This document shows, piece after piece, positions 21,549-31,576 of a stretch of 64,000 bases of DNA. The notes beneath the pieces are model-generated. The model was not told the origin of the DNA. It worked only from the letters and a program-made list of their open reading frames with translations, and ran no database searches. The position numbers and the translations under genes are program-made. This DNA comes from Methanobacteriota archaeon (lineage in GTDB: Archaea; Methanobacteriota; Methanobacteria; Methanobacteriales; Methanobacteriaceae): NCBI GenBank assembly GCA_963787255.1, contig CAWBCJ010000029.1:480001-544000 (forward strand), read 5' to 3'. Numbering within the stretch: the first letter of the stretch is position 1; every line of letters begins with the position of its first letter.

Positions 21549-23323
21549 ATGTCAAAAATAAGCACAAAATAAAGGAAAAATCATGGATTATAATCCTGGT
21601 TGCCATATTCATATTCTCATTTATATTGGATATGTACGTTTTAACACGTTACAATCTTTCTTATGGCCGAGACGGGCCATTTTACGACCTTCAGGTTCTA
21701 AGTATAATTCAAACAGGTTTCCCAGCCAGTAATGATCCGCCGCTTGCTTATTATTTACTTTCTCCATTTGTAATGCTTAGTGGAAACTCTTTCCTTGGTA
21801 TAAAAATTGGAATGGCGTTAATAGGATCTTTAATGGCATTTCCTGCTTATTTCCTTACTGAAATGTTTAGCAAGAAAATAGATATTGAATCTAAAGTTCC
21901 CGCGTTATTAAGTGCATTTCTCATAACAGTAAATCCATTTTATTTCAGTATGATTGGTGATTTCATGCAGAATCTTGTAGGGGCCTTCTTTTTATTACTC
22001 TTACTGTATTTTGCAGTTAAATGGTTTGAAAATACAAAGGAATGGAAAAAATATGGAATTTTAACGGTAATATTGCTTATCTGCAGCATATTCACCCACA
22101 TTTACACAGGAATACTGGCAGTAGTGTTATTTATATCATTACTGCTCTTTAACATAATTTTTAGAACCTTTAAAACAGGAAAAATGCCTGCAAGAGATTT
22201 AAAAATAGTGGGAGTAGTTGGGGTTCTAATTATTGGAGGATTGGCTGCTTTATTTGCATTATATCCAGTAATGTTTTCTAAATTCACCACAGTACTGTCC
22301 TTTGTAAATAGTTCATCTTCTGAAACTTCAAATTTAATGGGAGGGCCTAATACAAGTCCACTAATATTTTTAACAGTACCTTTCATATTAGGAATTTTAG
22401 CTACACTAAATGTACTTTATAAAGGATTAAAAGAGAAAATAGACGCTCAAAATGAAAAAATAAACAAAAAAATATTATTAGCACTGGTGTATTTGGTGAT
22501 GACTGTTGTTGTGATCGCTATTTCCACATTACCTTCAATTGATTCCCAGTATCAAGGTAGATTTATAATGCTTGCATTTGTCCCTATAGCCTTGATGGTG
22601 CCTTTAGGGCTTAAATTAATTGAAAAATGGATTTCAAATAGATATCCATCAAAAAAAGGATTGAAATTGGGAATAATCGGCATAATTGCTGTTTTATTTA
22701 TGATATCCAGTTTCTATACTGCGTCTACGACATTTTCAAGTATGGGGCCAAGTATCACCACAGATCAGTACAACGAACTTGTAAAAATTAAAGCTGATTA
22801 TTTAAATGGTAAAATAGATCCAAATGGCATAATAGTTGTAAATGACTACCATACGGGATATTGGGTCCAATATGTAACTGGAATGCATGTTGAAACAGGA
22901 AAGTACCAGTGAAATTCAGGCAAAATATCCTGATCAGACCATATATGCACTTACTTTGACAGAAAATAAACAATCAGGATTAAAAGGTAGTTTTGAATAT
23001 TCATGGAATCCATTGCTTCCCTTATTCATTTCCATTTGGAGGATTCAATATGGGATACTTCGTCAAATGGAAATCAGAATGCCTAGAATAATCCTCCTAA
23101 CCAAATTTCAAGAAATAACATGACTGCTCCGCCATCTGGTGGTTTAGGGAATAATACTCGGTTTAATAGATCAGGTTCTCACCCTCCGAATTTTGCAAAT
23201 ATGACTCAAAATAGAGGTGCTGGATCCTTACAAATGTCTGATCAAGGCTCAAATCAGTTAATAACGAATAGTGGAACACTAATTTTTAGTGCTGACAATT
23301 TAAAGATATATAAAATATCTTAA
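21549..23323 (+). CDS. Polytopic membrane protein, probable GT-C/PMT-like glycosyltransferase, with low-complexity tail (3 or more disruptions)
   Basis: ATG 21549 MSKISTK, then shift to KEKSWIIILVAIF; GRDGPFY, DPPLAYYL, FTHIYT motifs; fragments 22887..23123 and 23120..23323 continue it. Confidence 0.65.
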
Positions 23324-23345
23324 ATTGCCCTTAATTTCTTTTTGT

Positions 23346-23763
23346 CTATTCCCAGGTAATATAGAGAAGTATGGACAATGCAATCAATTGGATTACATTA
23401 ATGGAAGATAAGGGAAATTCTTGCCGTCCTATTTCAAAGCTATGGCTTCCAGGGCCTAAAATCATGCTTAATGCTAGAAATAGTGTGGATACAGCATTTT
23501 GAAGTAGGAGAAGTGAAACAAAGACTAAAAGACCCATTGTGAATTTGGATTTTAATTGTCTGTAACTTTTCAAATAAACGTAAAGTAATGCAATTAATAG
23601 AGCAAATATTTGCAATTCCAATTATAATGGCTAAAATTGTACTTATGCCTATTATATCCCATCCATTTAGGGCTGGATTCATGCCATGTGGTGGAATTGT
23701 GCTGCCATTAGGGCTTCCTGTACCTCCTGGCCCATTATTAATGATATTTAGTCCTTTTTCCAT
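23346..23763 (-). CDS. Small 3-TM membrane protein, copy 3, with Gly/Pro/Asn-rich N-terminal extension (frameshift ~23603)
   Basis: 23440..23778 frame gives NNGPGGTGSPNG..IIIGIANI; 23346..23621 frame gives LLIALLYVYLKSYRQLKSKFTMGLLVF..QLIALSILLYITWE; start 23763 or 23778. Confidence 0.8.
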
Positions 23764-23815
23764 AAATTTTTGTATCATTTTTTCCCTCTAATTCTTGAAC
23801 TAATTTAATGGTTAT

Positions 23816-24097
23816 TTACTTTTTCCCAATTTGTTTCCAAATTTCTAGAAATGTATCGTAATTTTCTTCCATGGCCGGCGATAAGAAGTACATTTTACCA
23901 TATTTCTCTCCGCCTGATTTAACTACGTTATTTTGTTCTAAAACTTTAATATGGTGTCTTATAGTCTTATAATCTAAATTCAGCTCTTCTGAAAGTTGAT
24001 GTGCATTATATGGTCTATCATTTAGCATTTTGATTATTTTTGCACGGTTTAATCCGCCCTTCATACCGGCAATTAACCACCACAACAACTTTTTCAT
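23816..24097 (-). CDS. Small ArsR-like winged-HTH regulator, copy 2
   Basis: 93 aa, about 68/93 identical to 19884..20168 by hand count. Confidence 0.9.
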   Translation of the reverse strand: MKKLLWWLIAGMKGGLNRAKIIKMLNDRPYNAHQLSEELNLDYKTIRHHIKVLEQNNVVKSGGEKYGKMYFLSPAMEENYDTFLEIWKQIGKK

Positions 24098-24183
24098 TTA
24101 ATCACTAACCGGCTATTTTAAACAAGTTTAAATAATTTTTTAAATAAAAAGACCTATTTTGAAGGTTTTATTTAAAATTAAGT

Positions 24184-25044
24184 TTATATTATTCTTTCAA
24201 TTGGAACAACTAATATATCCCGTGCACCTATTTTTTTAAGTTCATTTACGGTATTAAACACTTCATGCTCATCTACAACGGCGTGAACTGCCACAATATC
24301 ACTATTGGATAAGACTTGAGAAACTGTAGGTCCTGTAAGTCCTGGCATTGCCTTTTTAACGTTTTCAAGAGATTCCTTGTCAACATTCATCATCACCAGT
24401 TTTTTACCCTCAGCATCAAGAACTCCTTTTATACCGGTTCTTACAGCTTCAATTTTTTCATTTTTCTCTTTAAAACTTTCTTTATTTGCAATTAGCTTTA
24501 TTGAACTTTCTAAAATGGTATCTATTATTTTAAGATGGTTCATTTTTAAAGTAGTACCTGTGCTTGTAAGGTCAGTAATTATATCTGCAACACCAATAAA
24601 TGGTGCAATTTCAGTTGATCCGCTTAATTCAACTATTTTAACGTCTAATCCTTTGTTTTTGAAGTATTTATCTGTTAAATGTGGGAATTCAGTAGCTACC
24701 ACAGCTCCGTGGTCTATATCCAAAATATTATATATTCGGGAATCTTCAGGCACTGCTAAAACAAGTTTTGCTGTTCCAAAGTTCAGATCTTCAAGAATTT
24801 CAACTTCAGCATCTTTTTCTTCGATTAAGTCGAGGCCTGTCATTCCCAGGTCTGCTGCGCCGTCTGCAACAAATTCTGGAATATCTGCGGCCCTTGTAAA
24901 CATTACACTTATTTCTTCATCATAAGTCTCTGAAAAGAGCTTTCTATTTGATGTATCTTTAATACCAATTCCTGCTTTTTCTAAGAGCTTTACTGCAGGG
25001 TTGCTTATCCTTCCTTTTGATGGAAGAGCAATTCTAAGTTGCAT
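24184..25044 (-). CDS. hisG: ATP phosphoribosyltransferase (long form)
   Basis: [38 protein letters not shown]-terminal ACT-like domain. Confidence 0.97.
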   Translation of the reverse strand: MQLRIALPSKGRISNPAVKLLEKAGIGIKDTSNRKLFSETYDEEISVMFTRAADIPEFVADGAADLGMTGLDLIEEKDAEVEILEDLNFGTAKLVLAVPEDSRIYNILDIDHGAVVATEFPHLTDKYFKNKGLDVKIVELSGSTEIAPFIGVADIITDLTSTGTTLKMNHLKIIDTILESSIKLIANKESFKEKNEKIEAVRTGIKGVLDAEGKKLVMMNVDKESLENVKKAMPGLTGPTVSQVLSNSDIVAVHAVVDEHEVFNTVNELKKIGARDILVVPIERII

Positions 25045-25171
25045 TTAAATCCTCCTAAGACTCAAAGGTAAATTTATAAAATATATCATAGTTCTAAAGT
25101 AATCATTAGTTAATTGGAATGGTTAGATATTTATGTCCTTCTGTTGAGTTTTAACTATAAATGGTGGTTCT

Positions 25172-26464
25172 ATGGAAACAAGAAGTATTCTAATTGATAA
25201 CGTTACTATTTTAGGTAATGATATAAAAAAAGGCTCTGTTATAGTAGAAGATGATAAAATTGTAGAAATAACAGATAAAATAGGTATGCATCAGGCAGAT
25301 GAAGTTATAAACGGTGAAAAAAAGGTTTTGATGCCTGGAATCGTAAATACACATACTCATTTATCTATGAATCTTCTTAGGGGGCTTGCAGATGATTTGC
25401 CTCTTGATACATGGCTCAACAATTATATATGGCCAGTAGAAGCCAATTTAACAGGAGAATACTGCTACGCAGGTGCTCTGCTTGCATGTGTTGAAATGAT
25501 AAAGTCTGGAACCACTACATTTAATGACATGTACTTTTTCATGGACCACGTGGCAAAAGCAGTCGACGAAGCTGGTTTAAGGGGAACTTTATGTCATGGA
25601 ATGATCGATTTGGGCGATGAAGAAAAGCGAAAGGCAGAATTTAAAGAAACCATGAGAATAATTGAAAAATGCCACAATACTGCAGATGGTAGAATAAAAG
25701 TTTCATTTGGTCCCCATGCACCTTATACTTGTTCTGAAGAGCTTTTAAAAGGGGTAAGAAAAAAAGCTGATAAAATAGGGCTTAAAATCCACATTCATGT
25801 CAGTGAAACTGAATTTGAGGTTCAGCAGGTCACTGAAGCTCATGGATCAAGGCCATTTGAATATCTTGACGAAATAGGATTTTTAAGCGATGATGTGATA
25901 GCAGCACATGCTGTATGGCTTTCAGATAAAGAGATAGAGATAATTAAAGAAAATGGAGTTAATTTATCCCATAATCCTGCAAGTAATATGAAATTAGCAT
26001 CAGGAATATCTCCAGTTTCTAAATTAATTGACACAGGTGTAAATGTATCATTAGGAACTGATGGTGCCGCCTCAAATAACAATTTAGATATGATTGAAGA
26101 GATGAAACTTGCTGCACTCCTTCAAAAAGTAAATACTATGGATTCAACAGTACTTCCAGCAGAAAAAGTATTTGAAATGGCCACTATTGGAGGTGCAAGG
26201 GCTTTAGGACTTCAAGATGAAATAGGAACTATTGAAATTGGAAAGAAAGCTGATTTAGTACTTTTAGACATGAAAACATCTCATTTAACTCCATTCAGGC
26301 ATCCCATGTCACATATTGTATATGCAGCAACTGGTTTTGATGTTGACACTGTAATTTGCAATGGGGAAATATTAATGCAAAATAAAGAATTAGAAGTGCT
26401 TGATGAAGCAGAAGTAATTAAATTAGCCGAAAATGCAACAGAAGAACTCTTATCAAAAAGTTAA
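25172..26464 (+). CDS. dadD: 5'-deoxyadenosine / MTA-SAH deaminase (amidohydrolase)
   Basis: PGIVNTHTH, GPHAPYTCS, HIHVSET, HNPASNMKLASG, GTDGAASNN. Confidence 0.85.
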   Translation: METRSILIDNVTILGNDIKKGSVIVEDDKIVEITDKIGMHQADEVINGEKKVLMPGIVNTHTHLSMNLLRGLADDLPLDTWLNNYIWPVEANLTGEYCYAGALLACVEMIKSGTTTFNDMYFFMDHVAKAVDEAGLRGTLCHGMIDLGDEEKRKAEFKETMRIIEKCHNTADGRIKVSFGPHAPYTCSEELLKGVRKKADKIGLKIHIHVSETEFEVQQVTEAHGSRPFEYLDEIGFLSDDVIAAHAVWLSDKEIEIIKENGVNLSHNPASNMKLASGISPVSKLIDTGVNVSLGTDGAASNNNLDMIEEMKLAALLQKVNTMDSTVLPAEKVFEMATIGGARALGLQDEIGTIEIGKKADLVLLDMKTSHLTPFRHPMSHIVYAATGFDVDTVICNGEILMQNKELEVLDEAEVIKLAENATEELLSKS

Positions 26465-26472
26465 AACTAAAA

Positions 26473-27162
26473 TTGATTCGTATGGATAGATTAGTCTTAT
26501 TTGACGTGGATAGAACTTTAATAGGCAGATCACAATGCCATCACGATGCATTTTCATATGCATTTAAAAAGATCTATAATGTTGATACAGATATAAGAAT
26601 CATTAATTATGGTGGAATGACCGATCCAGCTATAGCAATTGAAGTTCTAAAAAAAATAGGTTTAAAAGAAGACAAAATACTTACAAAACTTGATCAATGC
26701 ATGAATGAAATTGTGGATTACTTCTTGAAGAATGTGAAGAGAGATAATATTCCTATTTTACCTGGTGTAAATGATTTACTGGAATTATTAGCAAATAATG
26801 GAACTCTTTTGGGTTTGGTAACTGGAAATTTAGAGCCCATCGCATGGGGAAAGCTTGAATCCATCCATATAAGTCACTATTTTAAATTAGGCGGATTTGG
26901 AAGTGATAGCCTAAATAGGACTGAACTCGTGAAAATCGCGATTAAAAAAGCCACTGATGATTTTAATTTTAATGGCACTGCTTTTGTTATTGGAGACACG
27001 CCACGAGATATTAAAGCAGGATTTGAAGCTAATGCTAAAACTATTGGAGTATCAACAGGAACTTATTCATTTGAAGAGCTTGAAGATTACGGTGCAGATT
27101 TTGTTTTTGAAAATTTAGAAAATAAGAAAGAAATAGTAGATATAATACTAAAAGAACGCTAA
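26473..27162 (+). CDS. HAD family hydrolase (phosphoglycolate phosphatase-like)
   Basis: LFDVDRTL, VTGN, GGFGSD, IGDTPRDI; start may be ATG 26482. Confidence 0.9.
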   Translation: MIRMDRLVLFDVDRTLIGRSQCHHDAFSYAFKKIYNVDTDIRIINYGGMTDPAIAIEVLKKIGLKEDKILTKLDQCMNEIVDYFLKNVKRDNIPILPGVNDLLELLANNGTLLGLVTGNLEPIAWGKLESIHISHYFKLGGFGSDSLNRTELVKIAIKKATDDFNFNGTAFVIGDTPRDIKAGFEANAKTIGVSTGTYSFEELEDYGADFVFENLENKKEIVDIILKER

Positions 27163-27271
27163 TAAATGATTTTTATATATTTTAACTTTTTTTCAATTTT
27201 TTTTCATTTATATTAATAAATGATTTTTAACATAGTAATATAAACAAGAAAAGACAGGAATATGATTTTTT

Positions 27272-28612
27272 ATGAACCCCTATTTCAACGAACAAATAGA
27301 AACCATGCCTCGAGATGAGCTTGATGCTCTTGTAGACGCGCGTATAAAGCATACAGTTAAATATGCCTTTGAAAACTCTCCTTTTTACAGAAAATGGTTT
27401 AAAGAGAACAATATTAAAATTTCAGATATTAAATCCCACGAAGATTTAAGGGAATTACCAATAATAACGGGTAAAACTGTTCGTGAAAGGCAGCCCCCCG
27501 AAACCGAAAAATTTGAATTTAAATGCAAGGGAAGTGAAATATTCACAATCCATGAAACTAGCGGAACAAGTGGTACTCCTAAAGCATTTTTCCTTACATG
27601 GGATGACTGGAACAGATATGCTGAAAAATACGCGAGATCGTTTACATCTCAAGGATTTAGCCAAGGAGACCGTGTTGTAGTCTGTGCATCATATGGAATG
27701 AACGTTGGTGCAAATACAATGACTCTTGCAGCCCAAAAAATAGGAATGACCATAATTCCTGAAGGTAAATGCACATTTCCAGTACGTATAATTAAAAGCT
27801 ATGAACCCACAGGCATAGTGGGAAGTATTTTCAAACTTTTACGCCTTGCAAAGCGAATGGAATCTGAAGGAATTACTCCGCAAGAATCAAGCATAAAACG
27901 ATTGGTTGCAGGTGGTGAAAGCTTTGCAGAAGAATCAAGAAAGTATTTAGAAGAAATATGGGGAGTACCAGTTTACAATACCTATGGGAGTACAGAAGGA
28001 ACGATGTGTGGGGAATGCTACCAAAAAGTAGGTCTTCATGTACCCGAAGATCTTGTTCACCTTGATGTTTACAATCCACAGCTTAAAGACTTTGTCGATG
28101 AGGGTGAATGTGGTAGAATTGTGCTTACAACTCTTATTCCTGAGGGTGAAAAGACAGGAACACTTCTTTTAAATTACGACACTGAAGACACGACTGTTGT
28201 TGTAAGCAGGGAAAAATGTCCATGTGGCAGAACTCATATGAGAATAATGAACCCGCAGCGTGAAGCCGAAACTGTTTGGGTAGCTGGAAATCCATTTAAC
28301 AGGGTAGATATTGAGCGTGGAGTATTCCAAAGAGATAATATGGATTATTTAATTGGAGAATATGAGGCATTTCTATATGGGGATGAGATGGAAACCACTT
28401 TGAGGGTGAGTATGGAATGTGAAGATCCTGAAAAATGCGATAAAGGCATGATTGAAGATAATTTCACCAAAAGCTTTCTCCAATTTAAGCCTGATCTGCA
28501 GCAAGCTCACGAAGATGGTAATTTTAAGCTACTCTTTAATTTTACTGGTCCGAAGGGTCTTGAATTATATAAGATCAGGGGTCGAGCTAAACGTTTAGTT
28601 GATCGAAGATGA
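27272..28612 (+). CDS. ftsA: Coenzyme F390 synthetase (PaaK-like adenylate-forming enzyme)
   Basis: HETSGTSGTP, ASYGMNVGA, YGSTEG, LLNYDTED, RAKRLVDRR; methanogen context. Confidence 0.85.
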   Translation: MNPYFNEQIETMPRDELDALVDARIKHTVKYAFENSPFYRKWFKENNIKISDIKSHEDLRELPIITGKTVRERQPPETEKFEFKCKGSEIFTIHETSGTSGTPKAFFLTWDDWNRYAEKYARSFTSQGFSQGDRVVVCASYGMNVGANTMTLAAQKIGMTIIPEGKCTFPVRIIKSYEPTGIVGSIFKLLRLAKRMESEGITPQESSIKRLVAGGESFAEESRKYLEEIWGVPVYNTYGSTEGTMCGECYQKVGLHVPEDLVHLDVYNPQLKDFVDEGECGRIVLTTLIPEGEKTGTLLLNYDTEDTTVVVSREKCPCGRTHMRIMNPQREAETVWVAGNPFNRVDIERGVFQRDNMDYLIGEYEAFLYGDEMETTLRVSMECEDPEKCDKGMIEDNFTKSFLQFKPDLQQAHEDGNFKLLFNFTGPKGLELYKIRGRAKRLVDRR

Positions 28613-28740
28613 GATTTAATTGTTTTATATTCATTATCTTATTTTCATATTTTTCATTTTTATAAGGAAGAGTAACAATACTAACTATTATACTATTTTT
28701 ATAATTTCATTCATTTTTAAAAATACTGGAGAAAAAACTC

Positions 28741-30007
28741 ATGCTCAATGCAGAAACTTACATTACAAGCCAAAAAGGAATTGGCGGGCAAATAAGAACA
28801 AAATACGAAGACTTTTACGTTGAAGAGATACCTGAATCAGAGCCAAGTGGGGAAGGCCCAAATACCTGGTTTTTTATAGAAAAAATTGGAAGGGAAACGC
28901 TTGACGTGGTGCTTGACGTTGCACAGGAATTGCACGTGGACAGGAAAAGAATGGGGTTTGCCGGAATGAAGGATAAAAGAGCAGTTACAAGACAGTGGCT
29001 GTGTGTGGCTAACTGTGAGGCTGAACAAATAAGAGAATTGGAGGATAAGCTCTATAAAGTTAAGATTCTTAAAATTATGCAGAATGAAAAGAAATTAAGG
29101 ATTGGACAATTAATTGGGAATAAATTCAGGCTACTTATAAGGGATACCGAAGATCCAGAGGCAGATACAGAAATTGCAAGAGAAGTACTGGAAGAATTAA
29201 TGGAAAGGGGAGTTCCAAATTATTTCGGTTGGCAGAGATTCGGTAAGAAAAGATCGAATACACACGTGGTTGGAAGAATGCTCCTTGAAAACGATTTAAA
29301 AAAAGTAGTTGACGCATATATTGGAAATCCTTACCCTGAAGAGCCGGAACACATTAAAGAAGTAAGGCAAATGTACGACGATGGGTATCTTGAAGAATCG
29401 CTTGAATCTATGCCTCGAGGGATGCGTTATGAGAAGATGATGCTTAAAACGCTCCTTAAGGAAATGAAAAAGAAAGATGTCAGTGATAAATCTTCTTTAG
29501 ATGAAAAGTCTTACAAGCGCGCAATAGAAAGTCTTCCTAAGCCGTTAAAGAGAATGTTCGTGCATGCTTATCAATCTTATTTATTTAATAAAGCTGTAAG
29601 TGAAAGGACAAAGCTTGGAATTGATAAATACGTTGAAGGGGATATAATTATTGATAATGAAGAGCATTTAGTCCACGAATTCGGCGATGAAATCAATGAG
29701 AAAATAAAAAACTTTGAATTCCATCCTACGGCCCCGCTTTTTGGAAGTAAAGTCCCATTAGCTGGCGGAGAATTAGGTGAAATGGAACAGAAGAATTTTA
29801 GACGATGAAGGAGTTACTTTAGAAGAATTTAAAGTTCCTAAAATGCCCAGGCTTGGTAGTCACGGCTTAAGACGTGCAATGAGATTTAAAATATGGGATA
29901 CGTCAGCTAAAGCCACCGAGGAAGGGGTTTTAGTGGAGTTTTCTATTCCTAAAGGTTGCTATGCTACTGCAGTTTTGCGGGAAATAATGAAAAATGAGGT
30001 TGTTTAA
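28741..30007 (+). CDS. truD: tRNA pseudouridine(13) synthase (frameshift ~29795)
   Basis: [35 protein letters not shown]; tail frame [15 protein letters not shown]. Confidence 0.95.
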
Positions 30008-30020
30008 AAAAAATGAAGTT

Positions 30021-30182
30021 TTAAATTTTAAAAATCTTCTTTAATTCTTTTTTGGCCTGTTTTTCAACTGTGCTTTTACCTTTTTTGTTCAGTTCGCTCT
30101 TTGCTTTTTTACCTAAGCCGCTTTTGGATTGTTTTTCAATTTCCTTTTCTGCTTTCTTTTTTAAATCGTTTAATAGTGACAT
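30021..30182 (-). CDS. Small lysine-rich protein (53 aa; not in ORF track)
   Basis: Hand translation MSLLNDLKKKAEKEIEKQSKSGLGKKAKSELNKKGKSTVEKQAKKELKKIFKI; AGGAG RBS upstream. Confidence 0.75.
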   Translation of the reverse strand: MSLLNDLKKKAEKEIEKQSKSGLGKKAKSELNKKGKSTVEKQAKKELKKIFKI

Positions 30183-30324
30183 AATTTTTTTCTCCTGATA
30201 ATTTTTCTTTTCTTTTGTTACTATTGTTAATATGTTTGGTTTTCTAACATTTAGTAATGAGTTTAAAAAGTTAAATTTAATAATTAATTTTCAAAAAAAA
30301 GATAATTGATATTTTGTTTCTCAA

Positions 30325-30627
30325 TTATCTTATAGCATTGTCTAAAGCAATTTCCATAGATTCTACATAGCTAATTTTGATTTTATTGTAGTGTGCAAAT
30401 CCAATTTCCTTTAAATACCGTTCCACGGCCTTATGTGAAGGTGCTTCCATTAAATAAAATATTTCGTGTTCCAATGGGGGATAAACAGCAGATAATATTT
30501 TAATTTCGTGTTTTTTAGCGACTTCTTCCTTTTTGCTTGAAAGTTCCTTTAAAATTTTCCTGGTTTTATCGTTAAAAAGGTAACAGGATTCTGCAGAGTG
30601 GGTCATGTGTGCCATAAACATTTCCAT
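30325..30627 (-). CDS. Small hypothetical protein (DUF3303/GYD-like alpha/beta)
   Basis: 100 aa, GGAG RBS, HSAESC motif and EH..F...EAPS pattern. Confidence 0.7.
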   Translation of the reverse strand: MEMFMAHMTHSAESCYLFNDKTRKILKELSSKKEEVAKKHEIKILSAVYPPLEHEIFYLMEAPSHKAVERYLKEIGFAHYNKIKISYVESMEIALDNAIR

Positions 30628-30884
30628 ATATTTTCACTCTCCTGAATTTTTATTAATTACTTTTATACTTTTATTAAACTTATTATTTACCATTTAATAA
30701 ATTGTAATTTTAAGGGTTATATCTGAAAATAATGCCTTAAAATAAGTATAAAGAACAAATAAAAGCATTTTATTATTATAAATCCGTATAAATTCTAAAA
30801 AAAAACTTCAACACAGATTCATGCTAAAAAATTATATTGCAGCTATTTAAAATATAAAATAAGATTAAGGAGAATGAAAAAAAA

Positions 30885-31565
30885 ATGCAATACATCACCC
30901 TTTCTCATGCACTTGAAGAAACATCACCGGTGCACATAGGATTAAAAAAACTTGAAATAATTCCGAATAGCCAAGTTTCAAAAGGTGGAGGCTATAACAG
31001 CTATATACTAAGTGTTGAAAACCACTGCGGTACACATATGGATGCTCCTGCCCATTTTTTAGATGAAGGGAAAACAATATCTGATTACAGTCAAGATGAA
31101 CTTGTTTTCAATAATCTATTATTTTTAGATGTGCCTAAAAGACAGGAAGAACTCATAAAACTTGAAGAAATATCTGATTTCAATTTAGAAGGTAAAGATT
31201 GTATTATTTTCCGTACAGGTTTCGAAAAATATAGAAATGAAGATCCTGACACTTATTTAACTCTTAATCCAGGAATAGAACCGGAATTAGTATACTGGAT
31301 TAGGCAAAACTATCCTAAAATCAGATTTATTGGAATTGATTGCATTTCCATATCCAGCTACGGGAAACCAGAACAGGGAAGAAAAGCACATTTAAATGCA
31401 TTTATGGAAAATGAAGAGCTTGGAGAATCGCTAATTTTAGTTGAAGATATGAAACTTGATAAAATCAAAAATATGGAGTCTATTGAAAGTTTAATTGTTG
31501 TCCCCTGGCAGATAAAAGGAATTGACAGTGCACCATGTACCGTAATAGCTAAAATAAAAAAATAA
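30885..31565 (+). CDS. Cyclase family (kynurenine formamidase-like) metallohydrolase
   Basis: HCGTHMDAPAH, FRTG, IGIDCISI, DSAPC. Confidence 0.9.
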   Translation: MQYITLSHALEETSPVHIGLKKLEIIPNSQVSKGGGYNSYILSVENHCGTHMDAPAHFLDEGKTISDYSQDELVFNNLLFLDVPKRQEELIKLEEISDFNLEGKDCIIFRTGFEKYRNEDPDTYLTLNPGIEPELVYWIRQNYPKIRFIGIDCISISSYGKPEQGRKAHLNAFMENEELGESLILVEDMKLDKIKNMESIESLIVVPWQIKGIDSAPCTVIAKIKK

Positions 31566-31576
31566 ATTTTATGAAA

